Positions 9,760-18,841 are shown, counted from the first letter of the stretch. The stretch is DNA of 64,000 bases from Bacteroidales bacterium (GCA_016928305.1 JAFGKY010000152.1:266-64265); one strand, 5' to 3'. Notes: generated from the sequence alone by a model not told the origin. Made by a program: numbers and translations.

Positions 9760-10377
9760 TTGTTCCTGAAATTCAAACGAGATCATGCTGTGGCCCTGAC
9801 TGTCAATGAGGACACCGACGAGGCACTGATAGCTCTATACCGCAAAACCAGGGATCCGGGTATTATCGGAACGTTATTCGAGCGGTATACCCATCTGGTG
9901 TATGGTGTTTGTCTGAAGTATTTAAAAGGTGAGGAGCAATGTAAAGATGCGGTAATGGAAATCTTTGAAGACTTATTCGTGAAACTTTCCACACATGAAA
10001 TCCGGAATTTTAAGAACTGGCTTTACAGTGTTTCACGGAATTATTGCTTAATGGAGATTCGAAGGGAAGGGACATATTTCAGGCTAAAAGAACGGTTGCT
10101 TAATGTTTTTCGGGATGATGATATGGAATTTGACTCCGCTCTGCATCTATTGGAAGAGGAGGAGAATACCATCAGCGAGGAACTGTTGCTGAAGGCTCTC
10201 GATTCACTGGTACCCGGACAGGCAGAATGCGTTCGGATGATGTACCTGGAGGATAAAACCTATAAAGATATAGTACGTGAAACAGGATATTCGATGAATG
10301 AGGTCAAAAGTCATATTCAAAACGGGAAAAGGAACCTTAAGAACTATTTACAGGACTTGAATGGAAGAAAACGATAA
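9760..10377 (+). CDS. ECF-type RNA polymerase sigma-70 family factor
   Basis: 205-aa ORF with a TTG start. It has a region-2-like segment (LVYGVCLKYLKGEEQCKDAVMEIFEDLF) and a region-4 HTH (ECVRMMYLEDKTYKDIVRETGYSMNEVKSHIQNGKRNLK). Confidence 0.85.
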   Translation: MFLKFKRDHAVALTVNEDTDEALIALYRKTRDPGIIGTLFERYTHLVYGVCLKYLKGEEQCKDAVMEIFEDLFVKLSTHEIRNFKNWLYSVSRNYCLMEIRREGTYFRLKERLLNVFRDDDMEFDSALHLLEEEENTISEELLLKALDSLVPGQAECVRMMYLEDKTYKDIVRETGYSMNEVKSHIQNGKRNLKNYLQDLNGRKR

Positions 10378-11482
10378 AATACAGGACTTATTTATACCCT
10401 CGGGTTGCCTGTCAAACTATGCATTGATGAGGTATGTTGAGGGGAAGCTTAACCCGCAGGAAAAAAAACTTGCTGATCTGCACCTGAAAGACTGCGAGTT
10501 GTGTTCCGACGCGCTTACTGGATACCGGAATCTTTCCTCACCCTCAGCTGTGATTCCTGGTGTTACCGAACTGAACCGTTGGCTTCATAAACGGTTTATA
10601 AGCATGCAGGACAAAGGTAAAAAAGAACGTATGGTGATATCCTTGTTTTCTGTTGCAGCCATGCTGATCTTGCTGGTTGGTTTGTTTTTCCTGTTCAGGC
10701 AACGCGAAATCTATACTGAAAAGACCCTGGCTGATGCCCGGTACGATACAGCGACAATCCCCGGTGCGAAGACCCTTCAGCCTGTTCCCCGGACAGAAGC
10801 TGAAACTACCCTGCCCCCGGTAAGAAAACTTGTGGCCAGGAAGGAAAAGAAGTTTATGGAAATGGCATCAACGGAAGCTTATGAGCTTGAACAAATAGAA
10901 ATACAGGAAAGTACGGAGCCGGTTATTCTTGATGATATGGCTATGACACCGGATGATGATGCTATCCGGAATCATGAAATGACATTACCTGTAATACTGA
11001 CTGATTGCGTAATCATCAGTGCAACAGTATATGAAGCAGTCACACAGGCTCAAACAACGGCTGGATACACACGGACCAGTAAAAAATCGACACCAGCCAG
11101 GGCTGAAAGAGTATCTGCTGAGCAGGTAGCAATGAAAGCTGAGACCATAATGAAAGAAGAAACCTATGGGACCAAAGATGAAATGCCACAATTCATGGAA
11201 GGGGATATAAACCGGTTCCTGTCTTATATTAAGGATAATCTCACCTATCCGGCAGAAGCTGTTGATGCTGGAATAGAAGGTCAGGTAATGATCCACTTCG
11301 TCATAAATGAATCGGGTGAACTTACGGATGCAAGGATTATCCAATCATGCAATCCGTTACTCGATTCGGTGGCGCTACGGGTTGTAACGGCATCACCTTT
11401 ATGGAAGGCTGGTAAACTGGATGGTAATCCGGTACGTGTAGGCTATACGGTACCAGTCGTCTTTTCTTTAAAGGGGGATTAA
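10361..11482 (+). CDS. Anti-sigma factor (zf-HC2-like) with one TM helix and C-terminal TonB_C-like domain
   Basis: It overlaps the sigma gene by 17 nt. The HxxxCxxC motif is HLKDCELC and the TM helix is MVISLFSVAAMLILLVGLFFLF. The C-terminus reads PQFMEGDINRFLSYI...IEGQVMIHFVINESGEL...LWKAGKLDGNPVRV. Confidence 0.7.
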   Translation: MEENDKIQDLFIPSGCLSNYALMRYVEGKLNPQEKKLADLHLKDCELCSDALTGYRNLSSPSAVIPGVTELNRWLHKRFISMQDKGKKERMVISLFSVAAMLILLVGLFFLFRQREIYTEKTLADARYDTATIPGAKTLQPVPRTEAETTLPPVRKLVARKEKKFMEMASTEAYELEQIEIQESTEPVILDDMAMTPDDDAIRNHEMTLPVILTDCVIISATVYEAVTQAQTTAGYTRTSKKSTPARAERVSAEQVAMKAETIMKEETYGTKDEMPQFMEGDINRFLSYIKDNLTYPAEAVDAGIEGQVMIHFVINESGELTDARIIQSCNPLLDSVALRVVTASPLWKAGKLDGNPVRVGYTVPVVFSLKGD

Positions 11483-11697
11483 AACAGCTTTTTGACCTTT
11501 TTCTTCTTTTTGATCTTGGGTTTATAGGTCTTCTTAGCAGGCTTCTCTTTGTATATGCTGTTCCTGGGTAATTCCGATCGTTTCGGAATCATCAGGTTAC
11601 GCCTTTCGTTCATTGCCTTTTCAGCACTGCATCCGGTGAAATTATACAACAACATCCCAACCAGCATATAAAAGCATATTTTCCGAACGGTAATCAT
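11479..11697 (-). CDS. Small lipoprotein with lysine-rich C-terminus
   Basis: 72-aa ORF with a lipobox-like FTGC after a hydrophobic N-terminus. The tail is KPKIKKKKKVKKLF. Confidence 0.45.
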   Translation of the reverse strand: MITVRKICFYMLVGMLLYNFTGCSAEKAMNERRNLMIPKRSELPRNSIYKEKPAKKTYKPKIKKKKKVKKLF

Positions 11698-11796
11698 GAT
11701 GTTTCTGCTGTTTAATGTTTATAAAAAATTATTGTAACGATTAATGCCTGTTCTGATTATACGTAATTTTTTGAAGGTTGTTTATTTTCAGAATTC

Positions 11797-14775
11797 TTAA
11801 TCTTTCGGTTTATATACAACGGCCCTGTTATTTTTTCCGTCTAATTCAACTTTCAGGGGTTGCCGGAAGACAACATGACGAATAAACTCCGATTCATAGA
11901 AGGCAGATCTTTCCGACAGGAATTCAATATTATAAACGCCATCATTTATGTATGGATTTATCGTAAGGTAACCAACCCCAAAGGTGGTAAGATTATGGAA
12001 AAAGTGCGTTCCCTGAGAAGGATCGATACGGAAATTTTCCAGGCCCGATTCCACAATGATTCTGGCAGCGGAAATCTGAGCCCATTTGATGGGTATACCC
12101 AGCCATGGGTCACTTGATCCCCAGCGTCCCGGACCAATTAATATATAATTCTGCCTCCGGGCTGAGAGCGTATCATTAATTCTTTCCAGTTCCGCTGCTA
12201 TCTCCTTGCTGTGAGCTGGATTAAACGTGTTGGGTTTCACGTATACAACGCTGGTAATGGAATTGTATATTCCGTTTCCCATAGCTTTTTCGGAATAGAG
12301 AATGACATCATCAGGATTGACATTGTTAATTTTAAAATTGATATTCTGTTCGTTTATAACAATGGGCCGGATCTGAAGGAAATTAAATATTTTGGGTTCT
12401 CCTGTTGTTTCCAGGTTAGCTGCAAATTCTATTTCAATGGGATTGTTCATTGCCTGTTGACCTAACTGCAGCATAGTGTCCAGAATTTCAGCCAGGGGGA
12501 AAGTCTTATATTGCAGAATATTGGCAAAGGTTATGATCTTCTTTCCCGGATAATCAAATGTATCACGGATCATGTGGTTATCATAATCATAAATTGAGGA
12601 TACGTAACGCAATGTATTGTGGCTTTCAGCATCACTGATGTTGAGTTTTACCAGGTTGATTTTATCATCGGGTGAAGGTTGAAAACTATCAGGATTGAGA
12701 TCAAGTGCAAAGAAGTATTTCTGTGTTTCACGAAGTGCTGCTTCCGGACTTGAAAGCTGAAGGATCTTGTTCGGGTACCTGGGTGAGAAACGCAGTGCTG
12801 TTCCTCCTTCGGCGATGAACTTACCCAGTCCGAATGCAATGGTGGCTATGCCATCATAAGTTTTTTCGGGACTGATCGGATAAAAATTAATCGATTGTGC
12901 AACACCAGAAATCGTGGGGTAATAATAATTCTCATAGCGATTTCCACAAACCTCCTGCAGGATAATTCCCATTTTTTCTTCGTCAATAATATTGGATGTG
13001 GCTGAAACGTATGCTTTGCTGGTTTTAAAATATACGGATGCGTATACACATTTAATGGCAGTTTCTATTAACCTGATGGACAGGTCTTTATTTTTGACAA
13101 CCGGTACCATATAGGTATTGTAAATGCCGGCAAATGGCTGGTAAAAGGAATCTTCAAGTTTGCTGGAAGATCTCACAGCAATCGGATTCTTAGCATGGGT
13201 AAGTATGGTATCAAGGTCGTCATAAATATAATCGGGTAGCTTGCTTTTAATGAAGTGTGCCAATATCTCCTCGTCCGTCTGCCCCGAAATTCCTATCCGG
13301 TACAGGTCATTGTCATCCATAAATTCTTCAAATACCTCGGTGCTCAGCACAATGGTGCGGGGAATGGAAATGATCACATCCTTGAATTTCTCGTGTATTT
13401 TTTCCTGCTGCAGCACCGTATTGAAGAAGGCAAGTCCCCTTGCTTTTCCCCCCAGTGAGCCTCCTCCGATGCGTGAAAAACGAAGGCATTCATCGTAGGC
13501 ATGTTTATCAAACGAAGCAATGGTGCCAATGGCTTTACTGGTGCGAAAACTTGATATGGCTTTATAAATATACCTGCGCAAATCATCAATGGATGTGAAA
13601 TCTTCGCGCTGAACCGGTTTAAAGATCTGAGCAATGGGGAAAAGTGCCCGTGCATTCAACCATTTTGATATATCATCATGCTTCCCGTGGTACTCGAGTA
13701 CATCATCAGGAATCTTCATGATGATCTGCTGTAATTCTTTTAGGTTCGATGCTACGGCAACCGGTTCAAGTGTTTTCGGATGACGGAAAATAAAATCCCC
13801 AAATCCAAAATTACGGATTATATAGTCTTTTACCTCATTTGAAAGGGTTTTGGAATGTTTGTGCAGAAATCCCACCCCCAATTCATGGGCATATCTTTCA
13901 TTCGAGATATCCGACGACTGCAACAGAAAAGGTATATTCTTATCATCAGCTCTTACGAGCTTGCAGAATTCGAGTCCTCCCTGAACTTTGGTATCTTTAC
14001 GATTGGCTGTTTTTTTAAAACTGACATCAGAAATTATCCCCAGGATATTTTTCTTATACTTTTCATATATCGAAACGGCTTCTTCATAATTCTGGGCCAG
14101 AATTACTTTTGGACGACCTCGCCGTCGCAGGTTTTTCTGGTGTTCATTCAGAGCCTCTTTCATAAATTCCATGGATTGGTGCAGTACAATCTGATAGAGG
14201 TTAGGAAGAAATGAAGAAATAAAGCGTATGGAGTCTTCTACCAGTAAAATTGCCTGCACACCGATCTGCTGAATGTCAAAATCTGCATTTCTTTGATCTT
14301 CAATTAGTTTGATTATAGCAAGTAACAAGTCAGCATTGCCCAACCAGCAAAATACATAATCGATGGCGCTAAGATCCTCGTTTTCAAGCTTTAGTGAGAC
14401 CTCACGTGAAAAATGCGTAAGTATGACAATGGGAATGGAGGCATATTTCTCTTTAAATTGTTTGGCCAGTTCGAAGGTATCTATATCGCCGATACTAAGC
14501 ATCTCAATGATAAGGTCAATACGGTCATTTTCAAGAATGGAAAAGGCTTTTTTCGCTGAATCGGCATGTATAAAAACCGGAGGATAACGAAGGTTAAGAG
14601 ACACGTATTCATTGAAAATATGCTCATCAATACGGCCATCTTCTTCGAGCATAAAAAAGTCATAGCTGCTGCAAACCACAAGGATCCTCCTGATCCTGTT
14701 CTGCATCAGCAGATTAAAAGAAGTATCCGGAAAATAATAGGTGTCAATATTGTTAACATCAACCTGCCTGGCCAT
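11797..14775 (-). CDS. Receiver-domain protein fused to a PEP/pyruvate-binding (PPDK_N-type ATP-grasp) module
   Basis: About 992 aa from the ATG at 14775 (the track uses the GTG at 14781). There are two N-terminal CheY-like domains. The first has E at the acceptor position (LIIEML). The second has LLVEDS...GIISDVSF. A PPDK_N-like motif GGKARGLAF is present. I saw no GGxTSHAA-type phosphohistidine motif by eye. Confidence 0.8.
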   Translation of the reverse strand: MARQVDVNNIDTYYFPDTSFNLLMQNRIRRILVVCSSYDFFMLEEDGRIDEHIFNEYVSLNLRYPPVFIHADSAKKAFSILENDRIDLIIEMLSIGDIDTFELAKQFKEKYASIPIVILTHFSREVSLKLENEDLSAIDYVFCWLGNADLLLAIIKLIEDQRNADFDIQQIGVQAILLVEDSIRFISSFLPNLYQIVLHQSMEFMKEALNEHQKNLRRRGRPKVILAQNYEEAVSIYEKYKKNILGIISDVSFKKTANRKDTKVQGGLEFCKLVRADDKNIPFLLQSSDISNERYAHELGVGFLHKHSKTLSNEVKDYIIRNFGFGDFIFRHPKTLEPVAVASNLKELQQIIMKIPDDVLEYHGKHDDISKWLNARALFPIAQIFKPVQREDFTSIDDLRRYIYKAISSFRTSKAIGTIASFDKHAYDECLRFSRIGGGSLGGKARGLAFFNTVLQQEKIHEKFKDVIISIPRTIVLSTEVFEEFMDDNDLYRIGISGQTDEEILAHFIKSKLPDYIYDDLDTILTHAKNPIAVRSSSKLEDSFYQPFAGIYNTYMVPVVKNKDLSIRLIETAIKCVYASVYFKTSKAYVSATSNIIDEEKMGIILQEVCGNRYENYYYPTISGVAQSINFYPISPEKTYDGIATIAFGLGKFIAEGGTALRFSPRYPNKILQLSSPEAALRETQKYFFALDLNPDSFQPSPDDKINLVKLNISDAESHNTLRYVSSIYDYDNHMIRDTFDYPGKKIITFANILQYKTFPLAEILDTMLQLGQQAMNNPIEIEFAANLETTGEPKIFNFLQIRPIVINEQNINFKINNVNPDDVILYSEKAMGNGIYNSITSVVYVKPNTFNPAHSKEIAAELERINDTLSARRQNYILIGPGRWGSSDPWLGIPIKWAQISAARIIVESGLENFRIDPSQGTHFFHNLTTFGVGYLTINPYINDGVYNIEFLSERSAFYESEFIRHVVFRQPLKVELDGKNNRAVVYKPKD

Positions 14776-14802
14776 AATCACTGCTATGTGTGATTAAAAT
14801 TA

Positions 14803-14810
14803 CAAAATTA
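14803..14810 (-). promoter_or_regulatory. Bacteroidota -7 box TAATTTTG
   Basis: Exact TAnnTTTG match on the minus strand. It lies 28 nt upstream of the ATG at 14775 and directly abuts the heptad tract. Confidence 0.5.
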
Positions 14811-14812
14811 AA

Positions 14813-14910
14813 GTGAACCGTGAACCGTGAACCGTGAACAGTGAACAGTGAACAGTGAACAGTGAACAGTGAACAGTGAACAGTGAACAGTGAACAGTGA
14901 ACAGTGAACT
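14813..14910. repeat. Heptanucleotide tandem repeat (GTGAACC)3 (GTGAACA)10 (GTGAACT)1
   Basis: 14 perfect-register 7-nt units (98 nt) read directly, followed by AACCATT x2. The tract lies between the korB stop (14930) and the start of the receiver-PEP-binding gene. Confidence 0.97.
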
Positions 14911-14929
14911 AACCATTAACCATTATTCT

Positions 14930-15955
14930 TTATCCCATCCTGAAAGTATTACCACTGTTCATCAGATCGTCAACCGTTTTGATAGATGATCTGTGCTGGG
15001 CATGTTCAATCTGATTGTAAAGTGCTTCTTCATAAATTGTGCTTTCCGTGGAACGTATTACACCCATAGCAACCGGGTATTCAGGCAGGATCATTCGGGC
15101 CAGCATATAATGCCGGGTGTCATCGTGTTTAAACGCATTATGTATTAAGATATCCTCTTTTCGCACACCGTTCTCTCCGATTTTTACCACGACGAATTTG
15201 CTCCCGCTTTGAATAATGCCTTTTTCCTTGTTTTTACCAAATAACATGGGCTCTCCGCTCCGAAGGTAGAGTTGATTATCTTCGCGCAAATTCTTGTCGG
15301 CAATTTCCCTGTGGATGTCATCGTTAAAAATAACACAATTCTGAAGTACTTCAACCAGTGATGTTCCTTTATGTTGGGCTGCCTGTGTGAATACATCCGT
15401 CATCATTTCCATGTCGTTGTCGACGACCCTGGCAAAAAAAGTTCCCTGGGCGCCCATGGCCAGTTCACCCGGTAAAAAAGGATTCTCAATGGTACCGTCA
15501 GGAGATGATTTGGTGATGGTACCTTTGGGTGTGGTTGGAGAATACTGTCCTTTGGTCAGTCCGTAAATTTTATTATTGAAAAGCAGGATGTTGATATCCA
15601 GATTCCTGCGGAGGAGGTGGATGAAATGATTGCCTCCTATGGCCATGGAATCTCCGTCACCTGTTACAAGCCATACGCTAAGACGGGGATTGGCGATTTT
15701 TATTCCTGTGGCAATGGCTGCTCCTCTTCCATGAAGGCCGTGAAAACCATACGTATTGATATAGTATGGAAACCTCGATGAACAGCCAATACCGGAAACA
15801 AATACAACATTTTCAATTTTTATACCACAGCCGGGAAGAGCCCGTTGCACGGCTGCCAATACCGCATGTCCACCGCAACCGGCACACCAACGGGCGGGTT
15901 TATCCATTTTATAATCCTGCGCAGTGATTGTACAATGATTGCCTTCAAATGTCAT
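14930..15955 (-). CDS. korB: 2-oxoglutarate/2-oxoacid:ferredoxin oxidoreductase beta (TPP-binding) subunit
   Basis: 341-aa ORF. It has the N-terminal WCAGCG motif and the TPP motif TGDGDSMAIGGNHFIH...LLFNNKIYGLTKGQ. It overlaps the alpha subunit gene by 11 nt. Confidence 0.9.
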   Translation of the reverse strand: MTFEGNHCTITAQDYKMDKPARWCAGCGGHAVLAAVQRALPGCGIKIENVVFVSGIGCSSRFPYYINTYGFHGLHGRGAAIATGIKIANPRLSVWLVTGDGDSMAIGGNHFIHLLRRNLDINILLFNNKIYGLTKGQYSPTTPKGTITKSSPDGTIENPFLPGELAMGAQGTFFARVVDNDMEMMTDVFTQAAQHKGTSLVEVLQNCVIFNDDIHREIADKNLREDNQLYLRSGEPMLFGKNKEKGIIQSGSKFVVVKIGENGVRKEDILIHNAFKHDDTRHYMLARMILPEYPVAMGVIRSTESTIYEEALYNQIEHAQHRSSIKTVDDLMNSGNTFRMG

Positions 15956-17804
15956 GACTTGTTTTCTTAAGAATGTCTTTAAACTTTGTTTTCAATTCGG
16001 ATATTAAGAAGGGCAGACCCTGCACTTTATTGCACTGGAGATAATTGAACTGCGGGAACTGGCTTCGTAAATAGTTAGCAAATTGACCCAGGTTTAGTTC
16101 GCAAACCACAATTTGCCTGAAACCCGAAAATACTTCAACTGTATTCAGGGGCAAAGGTTTGATATAATTGAACTGGGCCAGGCTGATGCTGTGTTTTTCT
16201 TCCTGCATTTCTTTAACAGCTGTATAAAGTGCTCCGTAAGTTCCACCCCAGCCGACCACAAGCAAATCACCTTCTTCTTTGCCCAACACTTTGAGCGAGG
16301 GAATCCGGTTTGCCACACGTTTTATCTTTTCGTCCCTCGTATAGGTCATGAGCTCATGATTAAGCGGATCATAGGAGATTTCACCCGATACATCGGCTTT
16401 TTCCAAACCTCCGATCCGATGACGCAGCCCTTCCTGACCGGGTACAGCCCAATAGCGTACCAGGGTTTTAGGATTACGGCTATAGGGGTTATAGGAATGA
16501 TCATTATCCTCAACCACAGGTGGATTAATGGCTGGTAAATCATCAACCTTTGGTATCTTCCATAATTCAGAGCCATTTGCAAGGTAGCCATCAGACAGCA
16601 AAATAACAGGAGTCATATGCTCCATTGCAAGACGGGCAGCTTCATAGGCATAATCAAAACAATCAGCGGGGGTGGAAGCTGCCAGCACTATGCAAGGGCT
16701 TTCTCCGTGCCTTCCATATAAGGCTTGTAATAAATCAGCTTGCTCCGTTTTTGTTGGGAGGCCGGTTGAAGGACCTCCACGCTGCACGTCAATAACAACA
16801 AGTGGAAGTTCAGTTATAACAGCAAGTCCGATCCCTTCACTTTTTAGTGATAGGCCGGGCCCTGATGTTGACGTGACACCAAGGCAGCCTACAAAGGAGG
16901 CCCCGATTGCAGAACATACGCCAGCTATCTCATCTTCAGCTTGAAATGCAATGGCCCCAAGGTTTTTCATCTTGGTGAGTTCCTGAAGTATCTCCGATGC
17001 CGGTGTTATGGGATAAGATCCAAGGTAAAGTCTTCGCTTTGCTTTCTCAGCAGCTGCCAACAATCCCCAGGCTATGGCAACATTCCCGTGGATATTGCGG
17101 TAAAGCCCGGGTCCTTTTTCAGCAGGCTTGACTTCAAAAACCGTTGCGATAGCTTCCATCGTTTCAGCGTAATTATAACCAGCGCGCAGGACTTCTATAT
17201 TGGCATCAATCAATTCATTATTGTTTTTAAACCTTTCCCGGAGAAATTGTTCACCGATCCTGATATCACGGTGAAAAAGCCAGAAAAGCAATCCGGCTAC
17301 AAATTGATTTCTGGTTTTGACAGCTGTCCGGGTATCCAAACCAAATTGTTTGACCACATCTCTGGTCATATCGGTAATTGGGGCCTTGATAACGTTATAA
17401 CCTTCCAGTGATCCGTCATGAAGCGGATCTTCTATGTATTCAGCCCTTTTATAATGCCTGGCGTCAAAATTGTCCATATCAATAATGATGGTTGCACCGG
17501 GTTTGATCCATTTCATATTGGCTTTCAATGCGGCAGGATTCATTGCTACCAGCACATCCGCCTTATCACCGGGAGTCTGGACTGCTCGATGCCCTATATG
17601 CACCTGAAATCCCGAAACACCTGCTATTGTTCCCTGTGGAGCCCTGATTTCCGCCGGATAATCGGGAAATGTGGCCAGGTCATTGCCGAGAAAAGCTGAA
17701 GTGTCCGAAAACTGTGATCCGGTGAGCTGGATCCCGTCTCCCGAATCTCCTGCAAATTTTATAACTACAGCTTCACGTTCAACGACTTTTATGTTCTTTT
17801 TCAT
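15945..17804 (-). CDS. korA: 2-oxoglutarate/2-oxoacid:ferredoxin oxidoreductase alpha subunit (fused gamma-alpha type)
   Basis: 619-aa ORF with an N-terminal POR gamma-like domain followed by the pyruvate-flavodoxin/ferredoxin oxidoreductase N-domain (GSYPITPASEILQEL). Confidence 0.9.
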   Translation of the reverse strand: MKKNIKVVEREAVVIKFAGDSGDGIQLTGSQFSDTSAFLGNDLATFPDYPAEIRAPQGTIAGVSGFQVHIGHRAVQTPGDKADVLVAMNPAALKANMKWIKPGATIIIDMDNFDARHYKRAEYIEDPLHDGSLEGYNVIKAPITDMTRDVVKQFGLDTRTAVKTRNQFVAGLLFWLFHRDIRIGEQFLRERFKNNNELIDANIEVLRAGYNYAETMEAIATVFEVKPAEKGPGLYRNIHGNVAIAWGLLAAAEKAKRRLYLGSYPITPASEILQELTKMKNLGAIAFQAEDEIAGVCSAIGASFVGCLGVTSTSGPGLSLKSEGIGLAVITELPLVVIDVQRGGPSTGLPTKTEQADLLQALYGRHGESPCIVLAASTPADCFDYAYEAARLAMEHMTPVILLSDGYLANGSELWKIPKVDDLPAINPPVVEDNDHSYNPYSRNPKTLVRYWAVPGQEGLRHRIGGLEKADVSGEISYDPLNHELMTYTRDEKIKRVANRIPSLKVLGKEEGDLLVVGWGGTYGALYTAVKEMQEEKHSISLAQFNYIKPLPLNTVEVFSGFRQIVVCELNLGQFANYLRSQFPQFNYLQCNKVQGLPFLISELKTKFKDILKKTSHDI

Positions 17805-18030
17805 TTCGAAAGAAATGCGTTGTTGGAAAATTTCCGAAACAGTATGTTCAAATATTATTCAAAGATTGCTCTTTGATACATGAATTGGTATGATAAAAAT
17901 CAAGATTATCAAGGACAAAAACTAATCGTTCACCCGGTTTCGCTATGTGTATGTAAAATGAATTCATTCGAACATTTCTTCGTACAACAAAATTACTACA
18001 AAACGTGACACATTTGTCAGAAAAAGGTCT

Positions 18031-18150
18031 TTAATCAGACAGGTGATCGATATCGCCGAAACAGACAAGACTTTCACCCGGTATTAGCTGGTTGATAGCA
18101 TTGGCTATGGTAAACCCTCCTATTCCCGAATAAAAAATACCGCTAGGATT
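18031..18150 (-). pseudogene. murI: Truncated remnant of glutamate racemase (first ~40 codons only)
   Basis: The translation NPSGIFYSGIGGFTIANAINQLIPGESLVCFGDIDHLSD* matches the MurI N-terminal pattern iGvFDSGvGGLTv...lP.e..iYfGD.a..PYG, with D->Y, L->F and Y->C changes and a premature stop. It occupies the position murI normally holds after skp. No continuation is recognisable downstream. Confidence 0.5.
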
Positions 18151-18232
18151 CACTTTGGTACGAATGGATAGTTTTTGGATGCAATTATGCTGCAGATTCA
18201 AAAATACAGAATAATGTGCAAGGAATAAAGAC

Positions 18233-18262
18233 AAAAAAGCCAGTCCTGTAGCAAGAACTGGC
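18233..18262 (-). terminator. Rho-independent terminator candidate after the skp genes
   Basis: GCCAGT (18239-18244) and ACTGGC (18257-18262) form the stem. TTTTTT follows on the minus strand. It lies 22 nt past the stop at 18285. Confidence 0.5.
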
Positions 18263-18284
18263 TTAATAAGGTTATGCAGGACGG

Positions 18285-18809
18285 TTATTCCAAACCGAGT
18301 TTCTTCTTAACAAGCGGTAAAATATCAATCGTATTATCTGCGGCAAAAACGACAGTACCGACTGCCATATCAAAAATATAGGTAAAACCATTCTCCCTGG
18401 CAACATCATTAACTGCTTTCAGCGCTTTATCCTGAACAGGCTTGAACAGTTCCGTCCTTTTTCTTGATATTTCATTCTGTGCTTCCTGCTGGAAACTTTG
18501 TATCCGTTGTTGCAGTGTCCCGAGTTCTTCCTCTTTTGTACGCAGGATTAACTCACCAACGGCAGGATCCTTTGTGAGTTTCGTGAACTCATCGTATTTC
18601 TTATTGAATTCAACCTGAAGTTGTTCCAGTGTTTCTTCAAATTGTTTGGCGATGGCTTCAAGCTTTTTCTGAGCTGAATCACTCTCAGGCATGGCCATGA
18701 ACAGATCCTGGCTGTTTATGTGCCCAAGCTTAATTGTACTCTGTCCACAGGCTGTATATCCAACAGGTAACAAAGAAACTATTAAAATCAATTTAACAAG
18801 TCTTTTCAT
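18285..18809 (-). CDS. skp: OmpH/Skp-family periplasmic chaperone
   Basis: 174-aa ORF with a signal peptide and a coiled-coil-rich, Q/E/K-rich body. It sits directly downstream of bamA. Confidence 0.85.
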   Translation of the reverse strand: MKRLVKLILIVSLLPVGYTACGQSTIKLGHINSQDLFMAMPESDSAQKKLEAIAKQFEETLEQLQVEFNKKYDEFTKLTKDPAVGELILRTKEEELGTLQQRIQSFQQEAQNEISRKRTELFKPVQDKALKAVNDVARENGFTYIFDMAVGTVVFAADNTIDILPLVKKKLGLE

Positions 18810-18841
18810 AGGTGTTATTTTTCTGGCACAAATGTAAACAA

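Noticed and set aside
14813-14910. Whether the heptad array, or the two CCCCG(C/T)CCGCTTG units at 41745 and 41791, could be a CRISPR array.
   Set aside because: The heptads have no spacers, so this is a pure tandem repeat. The 41.7-kb units are only two degenerate copies. No cas genes are in the window.
18151-18234. Treating the full 67-aa ORF 18031-18234 as a real gene.
   Set aside because: Only the C-terminal ~39 residues resemble MurI. The N-terminal part (MSLFLAHYSVFLNLQHNCIQ...) overlaps the skp terminator region and looks non-coding.
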